DNA of 55,078 nt from positions 1 to 55,078 of the forward strand of contig NIVC01003645.1 of NCBI GenBank assembly GCA_002269645.1. Reading direction: 5' to 3'. How positions within the stretch are numbered: the stretch's first letter is position 1; every line of letters begins with the position of its first letter. The notes beneath the pieces were generated by a model, which was not told where the DNA came from, did no database searches, and was given only the letters and a program-made list of their open reading frames with translations. Below, in pieces: positions 10,998 to 23,727 of the stretch. The stretch is from Macrostomum lignano (taxonomy: Eukaryota). The position numbers and the translations under genes were made by a program.

Positions 10998-13900
10998 TCA
11001 GCAAACCGCGGCAGCCCCGCCAGACTGTGAGGACGAAGACGAGGACGACAGCCGCTTCTTCCTGCAGACGCCGTCGGGATCGGAGGCGCTGTCGGAGCCG
11101 CCGCAGCCGCTGTCCCCGCCGCCGGGGTGCAGGCAGCAGCCGACGATCCCGGAGCCGGACGGGCCGCCGCCGCCGTTACTGTCGCCGTCAGCGGCCTCGG
11201 CAGCTGCCGACTGCAGCGATGCGACGTTGCCCGAGGCTGCCAGCGGGTCCACAGATGAGCCCAGGTAATCCAGGCTGTTCAAATTCATGGGCAATCCGTC
11301 CAGCTGGGCGGCTTTCAGCATCCGCTTGTCCAGATTGCGCCTGTGGAGGATAGGCAATTCGGACTGGTCATGCACACTTGTGATCTGGTCATTCGGACTG
11401 GTCATGCACACTTGTGATCTGGTCATTCGGACTAGTTATGCACACTTGTGATCTGGTCATTCGGACTGGTCATGCACACTTGTGATCTGGTCATTCGGAC
11501 TGGTCATGCACACTTGTGATCTGGTCATTCGGACTAGTCATGCACACTTGTGATCTGGTCATTCGGACTAGTCATGCACACTTGTGATCTGGTCATTACG
11601 GATCGGTCATAGATACCAGTGATCTAGTCATTACAGATCGGTCATAGACACCAGTGATCTAGTCATTACAGATCGGTCATAGACACCAGTGATCTAGTCA
11701 TTACGGATCGGTCATAGACACCAGTGATCTAGTCATTACGGATCGGTCATAGACACCAGTGATCTAGTCATTACGGATCGGTCATAGACACCAGTGATCT
11801 AGTCATTACAGATCGGTCATAGACACCAGTGATCTAGTCATTACGGATCGGTCATAGACACCAGTGATCTAGTCATTACGGATCGGTCATAGACACCAGT
11901 GATCTAGTCATTACGGATCGGTCATAGACACCAGTGATCTAGTCATTACGGATCGGTCATAGACACCAGTGATCTAGTCATTACGGATCGGTCATAGACA
12001 CCAGTGATCTAGTCATTACGGATCGGTCATAGACACCAGTGATCTAGTCATTACGGATCGGTCATAGACACCAGTGATCTAGTCATTACGGATCGGTCAA
12101 AGACACCAGTGATCTAGTCATTACGGATCGGTCATAGACACCAGTGATCTAGTCATTACGGATCGGTCATAGACACCAGTGATCTAGTCATTACGGATCG
12201 GTCATAGACACCAGTGATCTAGTCATTACGGATCGGTCAAAGACACCAGTGATCTAGTCATTACGGATCGGTCAAAGACACCAGTGATCTAGTCATTACG
12301 GATCGGTCATAGACACCAGTGATCTAGTCATTACGGATCGGTCATAGACACCAGTGATCTAGTCATTACGGATCGGTCATAGACACCAGTGATCTAGTCA
12401 TTACGGATCGGTCATAGACACCAGTGATCTAGTCATTACGGATCGGTCAAAGACACCAGTGATCTAGTCATTACGGATCGGTCATAGACTCCAGTGATCT
12501 AGTGATTACACAAAGCCAAGCCCTCACCTATACTCAGGTGTTATAGGATACAATCTGAGCACAATGAATGCTGCAACCACTAGCAGCATAGGCAAAGGGC
12601 CCATCATGACTCGCAGAGCGTAGCCAACCATCTCAGGCTGATGGCAGGAAGGCGGCAGCTGGTAGCCGGTGAGGTGAAGTCCCAGCTGCAAGCAGGCGGT
12701 GCTGATGCCCACAGCGAACTTGTTGAAGAACACGTACAGGCTGTAGAAGGCGGCCTCGTCCCGCCGACCGGTGCTGACCGTGTAGTCATCGATGACGTCG
12801 GGCAGCATAATCCAGGGCAGCAGCATGTTGATGCTGACGTAGCAGCCGGCCACCACCATGGTTGCGTAGTACTGGGGCACGAATTGCACTCTGGGGTTGG
12901 CGGGGGGGGGTTGGATGGCTTTGTATTCTGCTGCTTGATTTGATCGGAAATTCACTCTGGATTTATAAAAATGGCGGCCCTGGATGTGCAAAAATAGCGG
13001 CCCTGGATTTTCTCAAAATGGCGGCCCTGGATTTGCCAAACAAGCGGCCCTGGATTTTCTCAAAATGGCGGCCCTGGATTTTCTCAAAATGGCGGCCCTG
13101 GATTTGCCAAACAAGCGGCCCTGGATTTTCTCAAAATGGCGGCCCTGGATTTTCTCAAAATGGTGGCCCTGGATTTGCAAAAATAGCGGCCCTGGATTCG
13201 CAAAAATGGCGGCCCTGGATTTTCTCAAAATGGCGGCCCTGGATTTGCCAAACAAGCGGCCCTGGATTTTCTCAAAATGGCGGCCCTGGATTTTCTCAAA
13301 ATGGTGGCCCTGGATTTGCAAAAATAGCGGCCCTGGATTCGCAAAAATGGCGGCCCTGGATTTTCTCAAAATGGCGGCCCTGGATTTGCAAAAATGGTGG
13401 CCCTGAATTTTCTCAAAATGGCGGCTTTGGATTTGCAAAAATGGCGGCCACGGATTTGCAAAAATGGCGGCCACGGATTTGCAAAAATGGCGGCCACGGA
13501 TTTGCAAAAATGGCGGCCCTGGATTTTCTCAAAATGGCGGCCACGGATTTGCAAAAATGGCGGCCCTGGATTTTCTCAAAATGGCGGCCCTGGATTTGCA
13601 AAAATGGCGGCCACGGATTTGCAAAAATGGCGGCCACGGATTTGCAAAAATGGCGGCCCTGGATTTGACAAAAAATGGCGGCCCTGGATTTGCAAAAATG
13701 GCGGCCACTGATTTGACAAAAAATGGCGGCCCTGGATTTGACAAAAAAAGGCGGCCCTGGATTTGACAAAAAATGGCGGCCTCGGATTTGACAAAAATGG
13801 CGGCCACTGATTTGACAAACAATGGCGGCCCTGGATTTGACAAAAAAAGGCGGCCCTGGATTTGACAAAAAATGGCGGCCTCGGATTTGACAAAAATGGC

Positions 13901-14769
13901 GGCCACTGATTTGACAAAAAATGGCGGCCCTGGATTTGACAAAAAAAGGCGGCCCTGGATTTGACAAAAAATGGCGGCCCCTGGATTTGACAAAAAATGG
14001 CGGCCCTGGATTTACAGATTTACATAAACAGTCACTCTTAAAAATGCACCTGTGACCTTAAAAATGGCCCATAGAGAACAAACTGGCACTTGAGGAGTTA
14101 CAAAAATGGCCCACGTGACAAACCTGGCAGGGCAAAAAGTGGCAGACAGGCAGACAGGCAGTATCAGAGCCAGTCCGATGATGAAGACGCGCTTTTTGCC
14201 CAGCCGCCGGATCAGATAGAACACCAATGGGGTGACCAGGATGGCCGTTACCATGACAACGGCGATAGCAAATTTCAAATGCGGCTTCATTTTCAGACTG
14301 TAGATGGTGTACAGAGCCAGGCTGTTCTGCACAGTCTGGATGGCCAGGGAGCTCAGCATGAAGCTCAGCATGAGCAGCCGGTAGGGCCGGTGGCCGAGGC
14401 AGCTCCGGAACGTGGCCAGCATGCTGTCGCTGTTTGAGTCGGCGACGGCGTTGCCCAACGTTGGTTTGGCCTGCTTGACCTCGGCGGCGATCTCCTTGGT
14501 GCCGAAGAAGCCGATGCCGCCGCACAGCAGCACCACGGCGCCGATGATGGACGCGCCAAGGCGGTAGCGGGCCTCCTCCTCTGGGGACACGTGGGCTGTG
14601 GCCGGCGCGGACTGGTTGCTAGACAACAGGCTGCCGTTGGAGTGACTGTTGCCCGATGCCGAGGCCAGGGTGCACCTGTCCGGCCCGACCTGCGTGATGA
14701 AGGTGAAGGTCATCACGCCGAACAGGGTGCCGACCATCTCGAATACCATTCCTGCGGGTGGGTGGCGAT

Positions 14770-14840
<71 letters not shown>

Positions 14841-17800
14841 GCCTGTCTGTCTTAGTGTCTGTCTTTAGTGTCTTAGTGTCTTAGTATCTGTCTTAGTATC
14901 TGTCTTAGTATCTGTCTTAGTATCTATCTTAGTGCCTGACTTAGTGCCTGTCTTAGTGTCTGACTTAGTGTCTGTCTTAGTTTCTGTCTTAGTGTCTGTC
15001 TTAGTGTCTGTCTTAGTTTCTGACTTAGTGTCTGTCTTAGTGTCTGTCTTAGTGTCTGACTTAGTGTCTGACTTAGTGTCTGTCTTAGTGTCTGTCTTAG
15101 TGTCTGACTTAGTGTCTGTCTTAGTGTCTGTCTTAGTGTCTGTCTTAGTGTCTGACTTAGTGTCTGTCTTAGTGTCTGTCTTAGTGTCTGTCTTAGTGTC
15201 TGTCTTAGTGTCTGTCTTAGTGTCTGACTTAGTGTCTGTCTTAGTGTCTGTCTTAGTGTCTGTCTTAGTGTCTGACTTAGTGTCTGACTTAGTGTCTGTC
15301 TTAGTGTCTGTCTTAGTGTCTGTCTTAGTGTCTGTCTTAGTGTCTGACTTAGTGTCTGTCTTAGTGTCTGTCTTAGTGTCTGTCTTAGTGTCTGTCTTAG
15401 TGTCTGACTTAGTGTCTGTCTTAGTGTCTGTCTTAGTGTCTGTCTTAGTGTCTGACTTTGTGTCTGTCTGTCTGTCTGTACCGAAAAATTACAGAAAAAA
15501 CAAACAAAATAAACGCACTACCAGCCTACTCACAATCAGTAGAGTAATAAGACCAGCACGACTGCACTAAAAATTATCCAAACGATTCAAAACCGAGGCA
15601 GACATAAAAATCCCCAAACCCTCAATGGGAAAAGAGAGTGCGGGCGAACTTGGCTGGGGGCGGGAAGGAAGGGGAAGAGAGGAAAACAGGGGAAGAGGCA
15701 AGACACGGGGATGTGGTGGAGGGGAAATCCTCCCTCTCTCACAGCGGGTGTTTGGCGTGGAAACGCAGACAGCTAGTCAACCCCTCCCCCTGTAACAGCC
15801 ACCCCAGGTCCCCCATACCCAAGCCCCGAAGTCAGACCACGTGGCCGATCCACCCCATCCCCACTCCCCACATGAATTCTCCTCATGCCCAAGCCGCAGA
15901 GAGCGGCCTTAGTCACACCACCCGGGACTTCCAGTTCGGGCTGCACTGCAGGGCTTGGCAACTGATACAGGAGGAACAGGCCCTAAGGACCAATCGGCCC
16001 AGTCCAGAAAAACAGACAGCCACGTGGCCTGGCCAACATATTTAGCTCGCATATCTATGAAGCCATTCTATTCCGGCTATAAGGATAGGCTGGAAAGTAC
16101 AAACAGCATTTGTGCAGACTGTGTAGGTGGCTGGGTGGGGGCAGTGGTACCACTCTAAACGGCTTTCATTCCCAACTCAACACTGAAATTCCGCAGCCAG
16201 CTCTAAAAGATTTGTCTCTGTTGCGAACGGTACAGTTTAGCAGTCTTGAACTGGCAGCCTCGGGGTTCTAATTATTGCTTACTTAGCTGAGCTAGATTGA
16301 CTATTCTGCACAGGATTTACTAGCCATGTAGCTTTCGAATCTGCTCCCTGATCCACTCTTCCCTGCCTTCTCATTCTCACTGTCATTCCCCCTCTCATAC
16401 TGTCACTCCCTCCCTCTCTCACTGTCATTCCCCCTCTCATGCTGTCACTCCCTCCCTCTCTCACTGTCATTCCCCCTCTCACGCTGTCACTCCCATCTCT
16501 CCCACTGTCACTCCCCATCTCTCACGCTGTCCCTCCCCATCTCTCACTCTGTCACTCCCCATCTCTCACACTGTCAATCCCCATCTCTCACGCTGTCACT
16601 CCCATCTCTCCCACTGTCACTCCCCATCTCTCACTCTGTCACTCCCCCTCTCTCACACTGTCAATCCCCATCTCTCACGCTGTCACTCCCCATCTCTCAC
16701 TCTGTCACTCCCCATCTCTCACACTGTCAATCCCCATCTCTCACGCTGTCACTCCCATCTCTCACTCTGTCACTCCCCATCTCTCCCACTGTCAATCCCC
16801 ATCTCTCACGCTGTCACTCCCATCTCTCCCACTGTCACTCCCCATCTCTCACTCTGTCACTCCCCCTCTCTCACACTGTCAATACCCATCTCTCACGCTG
16901 TCACTCCCATCTCTCCCACTGTCAATCCCCCTCTCTCACACTATCACTCCCCCTCTCTCACACTATCACTCCCCCTCTCTCACGCTGTCACTCCCCCTCT
17001 TTCACATTGTTACACCCCATCTTTCACAGAATCCCTGTCCGCGCAAGCAGTGCCCAAACAAAGCACACAGGCAAAGCTTGCTCGCAGTGATTCACAAGTG
17101 ACACGGAGCCCCACCCCAGTGTTTACAAATTTTGTTCATAAGAAACAGTTGTTCTAATCAAGGTGGACCCGAGGGCAAAAAAACAGCGCCTTATCACTAT
17201 AAGGATCGCGGGCACTATTACGCCTGTTAACACCGCTATGAGTGAACTGCAGTCCAATATCTTTGGCACAACAAAATCTGTTCTCAACTTTCCGCTTGCA
17301 AGCGAAAAAAAGATTTACTTCTTGACCCAGCCAGATTGGTCCGGCCAACCGTCATGGCAGCTGTTGCAACTGGATATTCAGCACCCTCTCTCTCCTCCCT
17401 CTCTCTCTCCAAAAAAACAAAAGCAGACGAGAAAAATCAATTTCCACCTCTTCAACTAAACTTTCACATCCACCCACACGTGAACGGAAAACATGTTGTT
17501 AATAAAAAAATAGAAAAAATAAAGTTCTCACTAAAGGTGGTGGCGGCGTCCCTGTCTACAGTCCTGGTCGATATGAGCATTGTCATGGCCGTGTACGGGA
17601 TGTGATAGGTCTGAAACAGGAAATTTAACAGTTATGAGTTTTACTGAGCTATAGGCATAACTACGAGTAAATGCATGAAAATGAAAGCTCCATTCTGCCA
17701 CACACACTGGCAGTCAGCATATTCATACTTTTAGTTTATCAAGATTCTAGTTTATGATGATTTTAGTTTATCAAGATTCTAGTTTATGATGATTTTAGTT

Positions 17801-20800
17801 TATGATGATTTTAGTTTATGGCGATTTTAGTTTATGATGATTTTAGTTTATGGCGATTTTAGTTTATCGAGATCCTAGTTTATGGTGATTTTAGTTTATC
17901 AAGATTCTAGTTTATGGTGATTTTAGTTTATGATAACTCTAGCTAATGAAAGACTCCAGTCAGTGAAATTTATTTATCAGAACGAAATGAACTCTGGTCT
18001 CCGTCTGGCTCGCACTAGCCAAGGTCGAATTGGACAGCGAGGCACAGAAGAGAGGAACTTGGATAAGGCGACACGGGCTAAAAATAGGCCGACTAGGGGG
18101 AGGGGAGGCAAGGACTGAGTGCGGCAGGGTGGGGTGATTGGGGCGAGAGAGAGAGAGAGAAAGGAGAGAACACGAGTCACGTGACGCATGCGCACTAAGG
18201 CCGGCCCGCCCCGAGTGCGCCAGAACTCAAGGGTGGGCGTCGGTATTAGATTTAGAATTAGGCAGGGGGGGCAATATAGCATCAGCTTGATAGACATTTT
18301 GTTGGATGCTGCCGAAGCCTCGGGTGCATCAAGTGCGACTTAGCAAGCAGCGACATAAACAATTCGTGAAGCCATAACAAAATATTTTTAGTAGCAATGT
18401 TTTAAAAGGAATGAGATTCTCAATAGGGGATTTTTCAAGGGATGTGATTCTCAATAGGGATTTTTCAAGGAATGAGATTCTCAATAGGGATTTTTCAAGG
18501 GATGAGATTCTCAATAGGGGATTTTTCAAGGGATGAGATTCTCAATAGGGGATTTTTCAAGGAATGTGATTCTCAATAGGGGATTTTTCAAGGAATGAGA
18601 TTCTCAATAGGGAATTTTTCAAGGGATGTGATTCTCAATAGGGATTTTTCAAGGAATGAGATTCTCAATAGGGGATTTTTCAAGAGATGAGATTCTCAAT
18701 AGGGAATTTTTCAAGGGATGTGATTCTCAATAGGGATTTTTCAAGGGATGAGATTCTCAATAGGGGATTTTTCAAGGGATGAGATTCTCAATAGGGGATT
18801 TTTCAAGGAATGAGATTCTCAATAGGGGATTTTTCAAGAGATGAGATTCTCAATAGGGGATTTTTCAAGGAATGTGATTCTCAATAGGGAATTTTTCAAG
18901 GGATGAGATTCTCAATAGGGATTTTTCAAGGGATGTGATTCTCAATAGGGGATTTTTCAAGGGATGAGATTCTCAATAGGGGATTTTTCAAGGAATGTGA
19001 TTCTCAATAGAGGATTTTTCAAGGGATGAGATTCTCAATAGGGGATTTTTCAAGGAATGTGATTCTCAATAGAGGATTTTTCAAGGGATGAGATTCTCAA
19101 TAGGGGATTTTTCAAGGGATGTGATTCTCAATAGGGGATTTTTCAAGGGATGTGATTCTCAATAGGGATTTTTCAAGGGATGAGATTCTCAATAGGGGAT
19201 TTTTCAAGGGATGAGATTCTCAATAGGGGATTTTTCAAGGAATGAGATTCTCAATAGGGGATTTTTCAAGGGATGAGATTCTCAATAGGGGATTTTTCAA
19301 GGAATGTGATTCTCAATAGAGGATTTTTCAAGGGATGAGATTCTCAATAGGGGATTTTTCAAGGGATGTGATTCTCATTAGGGGATTTTCAGGGGGTGAG
19401 ATTCTCAATAGGGGAAGGGTGAGATTTCTTAGCTCTGGGGTGAGATTCTATACAATTTTCTATTGCAACAACAATTATTATTATATTTATAATAAATACA
19501 AACCGTCAGAAACGTGCAGAAGGCGAAGTAAACCACAAAGTAGTAGATAAATCTTCCAGGTGTCCAATGCCAGGAGGGCGTGTGGAACAGCAGAATGAAG
19601 GAGGTGGCGCACAGCGGAGCGGAGCACAGCACCCAGATGCGGCACTTGCCCCACCTGTGGATCGGAGACAGCAGGGAGGAATTTCAGCTTACTGGCTTGA
19701 TCAGCTAGAAGTATCGTTTCGTTGCATGGCCTAATGACCTAATGAAGTATCTGATTCTATCGCATGGCCTAATGACCTAATTAAGTATCTGATTCTATCG
19801 CATGGCCTAATGACCTAATTAAGTATCTGATTCTATCGCATGGCCTAATGACCTAATTAAGTATCTGATTCTATCGCATGGCCTAATGAACCGAATGAAC
19901 TATCTGATTCTATCGCATGGCCTAATGACCTAATTAAGTATCTGACTCTATCGCATGGCCTAATGACCTAATGAAGTATCTGATTCTATCGCATGGCCTA
20001 ATGACCTAATTAAGTATCTGATTCTATCGCATGGCCTAATGACCTAATTAAGTATCTGATTCTATCGCATGGCCTAATGACCTAATGAAGTATCTGATTC
20101 TATCGCATGGCCTAATGAACCGAATGAAGTATCTGATTCTATCGCATGGCCTAATGAACCGAATGAAGAATCTGATTCTATCGCATGGCCTAATGAACCG
20201 AATGAACTATCTGATTCTATCGCATAGCCTAATGAACCGAATGAAGAATCTGATTCTATCGCATGGCCTAATGAACCGAATGAACTATCTGATTCTATCG
20301 CATGGCCTAATGAACCGAATGAACTATCTGATTCTATCGCATAGCCTAATGAACCGAATGAAGAATCTGATTCTATCGCATGGCCTAATGAACCGAATGA
20401 ACTATCTGATTCTATCGCATGGCCTAATGAACCGAATGAACTATCTGATTCTATCGCATGGCCTAATGAACCGAATGAACTATCTGATTCTATCGCATGG
20501 CCTAATGAATGATCCTGAAGCTTCACTCTATCCTCATGATCAGGCGACTCTGAAGTCCCATACCCACATTAATCAAACGCAATGTCCTCACCTAGTCTTG
20601 GTCCGGGTGACCAAGTAGCCAATAAGTGGATCGGACACGGCATCCCAGAACCTGCCAGCAAAGGAGATGGTCAGCACCAGGCCAGGGGAGAGCTTGGCCA
20701 CCTCCAGCAGGTAGACAGACATGAGGAAGCCAAGTATATTGCCGCACATTGCCGATGGCGGGGCGGCCAAGCCATACAGAAGGCGCCGGCAGGTGGACAA

Positions 20801-20872
20801 AGCTGGCACTTCCATGACATTCACCTCCAGGTTGGGGTACACCGACTGATTGGAGGTGATCAGCGGGTCCAT
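10998..20872 (-). CDS. MFSD2: MFSD2-like Na+-dependent lysolipid transporter (MFS, glycoside-pentoside-hexuronide family), about 614 aa
   Basis: Exons 20872-20592, 19654-19504, 17610-17532, 14751-14124, 12890-12528, 11340-10998 join in frame with GT/AG ends. Motifs GRFWDAVSDPLIG, YHIPYTAMT, RMVFEMVG, PWIMLPDVIDD, FYSLYVFFNKFA and YPIT match recalled MFSD2A/B sequence. Confidence 0.92.
11358..12505. repeat. Two-block minisatellite (34-bp then a related 35-bp unit) filling the last MFSD2 intron
   Basis: CGGACTGGTCATGCACACTTGTGATCTGGTCATT to about 11600, then CGGATCGGTCATAGACACCAGTGATCTAGTCATTA. Confidence 0.96.
12965..14012. repeat. 21-22-bp minisatellite containing AAAATGGCGGC
   Basis: Unit CAAAAATGGCGGCCCTGGATTTG and variants, filling MFSD2 intron 12891-14123. 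Confidence 0.96.
14770..15480. repeat. (TCTG)n microsatellite grading into a 12-bp minisatellite
   Basis: (TCTG)n at 14770-14850, then (TTAGTGTCTGTC)n. Confidence 0.96.
16370..17000. repeat. CT-rich degenerate minisatellite
   Basis: Variants of CTGTCACTCCCCATCTCTCACA. Confidence 0.9.
17735..17930. repeat. AT-rich 16-18-bp minisatellite
   Basis: Variants of GATTTTAGTTTATGAT. Confidence 0.85.
18170..18245. promoter_or_regulatory. Promoter-like motif cluster inside MFSD2 intron 2
   Basis: GTCACGTGAC (18176-18185, CLEAR/E-box), CGCATGCGCA (18185-18194, NRF1-like) and CCCGCCCC (GC-box) lie within about 40 bp. Confidence 0.4.
18410..19410. repeat. 30-31-bp minisatellite with palindromic core TGAGA-T-TCTCA
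   Basis: Unit CAAGGGATGAGATTCTCAATAGGGGATTTTT. Confidence 0.96.
19730..20505. repeat. 39-bp minisatellite filling the first MFSD2 intron
   Basis: Unit TATCTGATTCTATCGCATGGCCTAATGAACCGAATGAAC and a GACCTAATTAAG variant block. Confidence 0.96.
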
Positions 20873-22602
20873 TGTCTGTAAAGAATTCGATCGATTGATA
20901 GTGTTCAATAAACTTACAAACCTACTAGTAAATCGAATCTATGCTATCAAACTATATTGGTTTTCTATGTATAGTCAGTCAGGCATCAATAATAATAATA
21001 TAACTAATAAATGTAGTTCAATACTAAGAGAAATAAAAAGTTGTCTATGATGATGAAAATTAAGATAAGAAAGATATCTAATACCTATTAGTTTAAGATT
21101 ACCTATCTAGAAACAAAATTTTCACTTTTCAGTTTTCTTTTACTTAGTTTAATTAAAATATAAATAACTTTTGTTAAAATGTGTTAAAAATGGAAAAAAT
21201 CCAATGATAAATTATATACTTGTTGTTTGTCATCAATTTACATCTTTATTAATATTAGAATGTTATGTCTATATAATTTTGGACTATACATGATTATATA
21301 GAAAACTTCTAGAAAAAAACTAATCAAAACAAATTCCTAATGTTATTTACTTACTGTTTACTATAGCTATATTTACCTATTCAGTATACCTTTATTATAG
21401 CAAATCTAAAATATTTATGCCCTTTCAATTTTAAGCACACAAGTTTATAATTAGACTTTAATACAAGTCATACATATGATTGCAATAGGAACAATTTAAT
21501 CAAATTTATTTAGCATTTAGTTTTTCTTTGAGCAGTTAAAATAGGTTTTGAAACTATTTACCTTCAATGATTTCTCAACTTAAAGATGTTAAACATATTC
21601 TAGTAATTAGTATATAGGCATACTAATTGGTTTTTTCATTTGTAAAAGACATCATAATAATTAGACTAATAATAGCAATGGGCCTATTCTTATCATAACT
21701 TTATTTTATATATAGTCAACCATTTTAACATAGGATGTTTCATAAAAGGCTAGATATTATACATAATGATAAACTTTAAAAGTCTAAGTTTGCAATGCAC
21801 TTGGTACTTAACTCTAAAAACTGATAATACCATACCAAAAGATACCATAGTATTATGGTATATAAATGAAATTGAATGTATAAAAGCATAAAGAGTACAT
21901 GTCAATATAAATTAAAAAATTTGGGACAAAATTATAAAACCCTAAAAATATATTTGCATGTTCACATAAAAACTCACACTTACATTCGAATGAGTTAATG
22001 TTGCAACACTTGGTATAGCGCTTGGTTGAGCACCATTCTCTTCATTTAATTCCATTGCAGATTCATTTGAGAATGGTTGGCCATGGCTTCTCATTTTTGG
22101 ACTTGAGTGATGGCGATGGGGATATGGTGGCATTCCAATCAAATTTCAGACGAGCAAGCTTAGAGCTAATGGCTTAGACTTATGATTTACTAAAAATTTA
22201 TTTATAAAATATTTTGAAAATTGGTTGAAGATTGAAAACTGTGCTTCACTGCTTTATTATTGCTTAATGATAAACTTTTAAGTAACAAACAAAGTAGATG
22301 AAGAACAAAAGGTAATAAATTTGCCGCAAAAAGGAGTCTTGAAAAATCGGAGAATACAAAAATTCAAAGTTTTGTCACGTGTTAGATACTAAAAGTCTTA
22401 AAAAAACATTTAGTTTTGTGACTTGCCAACTCCGGCGAGGCGGCGTGCGTGACTCATTATTTAATTATCGTGTGCACTTAATCAAATTTAAAAATGCACG
22501 TTATTAGATTAATAGTGTTAACAAAAGTTTGACTTATACTACAACTTAAGTTGAACAGCATTGAATGTTGATCGCAGCAAGATTTACTAAAATTATTTTT
22601 AT

Positions 22603-23727
22603 ATAATAATAATAATAATAATAGTTACGCCCCACGCCAGCCATAGAAGTGGCCAAAAAGGGGGAGCGTCAAATCGCGCGTTTCAGAGCTAGGTCTCTAA
22701 TGTGCTTCACACCGGCCGCCTGGCTGGGTGCTCGCGCATCTTCAAAAAGGCGGTCGACGGCCCCGGGACGGCGCTGATCGTCAGCGGGCCTAGCGGGCTG
22801 ATCGTCCCTGGCCACGCCTGCGGGTACCTGCGGTGTCCACAGCAGGACGTCCTGCAGCGGCTCTGGGCAGTAAGCTTCGGCCCGGATGACATGTCCGGCC
22901 AGCCGCAGGCGCCGCTGACTCAGCAGGGCAGAAGGCCGCGTCAGGCCTGTGCGCTTGTACAGGGACTCGGTTGTCTCGCTGCCAGGGCCACGGCGGGCGC
23001 CGAAAGCGGCGCGGACTAGGGCCGCATGTGCCGCGTCGAGCTGCGCCTCAAGCGCCCCGGTCAGCATCCAGGTCTCAGCATTGTACAGCAGGGCGGTCTC
23101 AACAACCGCCTGGAACAGCTGGGACCTGGCGCCGTCGGACAGGGCCTCGGAGAGCAGCACCGCCCGCACAGATCGGAAGGCCTTGCCGCGCCGTCTCGCT
23201 AGGTCGTCGCCGACGTCCGGCACCAGTCCGCCGAGGTAGACGAACTGAAGGCACTTCGGGAGCGCCGTCCCGGGGCCGTCGCCGTCTCGAAGTCGAATCT
23301 CGGCGGATAGATCATGCGGCACCGTCAGCACCTCGGTCTTCCTGGCGTTGATGACGAGACCGACCCTCGCCGCCGCCGCAGTCAAGCCGTCCAGCAGCCG
23401 TTGGGCGCCTTCGGCCGTCGAAGACAGCAGGGCGAGGTCGTCCGCGTAGCCAAGAACAGACAGTTTCTTCTCCGGGTGCCGTCTACTGGTGCGCCTTTGC
23501 AGCAGAAAGCCGTCCTCTGATGTCGGCAGGCCGGTCCTGAGCACCCAGTCCATCACCAGCACGAAGAGAAAGGGCGCCAGAGTGTCACCGTGTAGCACTC
23601 CGGACGTCGTGCTAAACAGGTCCGACGGTCCGTCTGGCGTCGCTACCGCGGCGGTGGTGTCCTGGTACAGCGCCATGATGGCGGAGATCAGCTGCTGCGG
23701 CACGTTGTAGGCACGGAGCACAGCAGA
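22603..23727 (-). mobile_element. 5'-truncated RTE-clade non-LTR retrotransposon
   Basis: Open 350-aa ORF 23721-22669 with RT motifs GVLHGDTLAPFLF and GYADDLALL and the RTE-like C-terminal [17 protein letters not shown]; short 3' UTR and a (TAT)n tail at 22622-22603. Confidence 0.92.
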
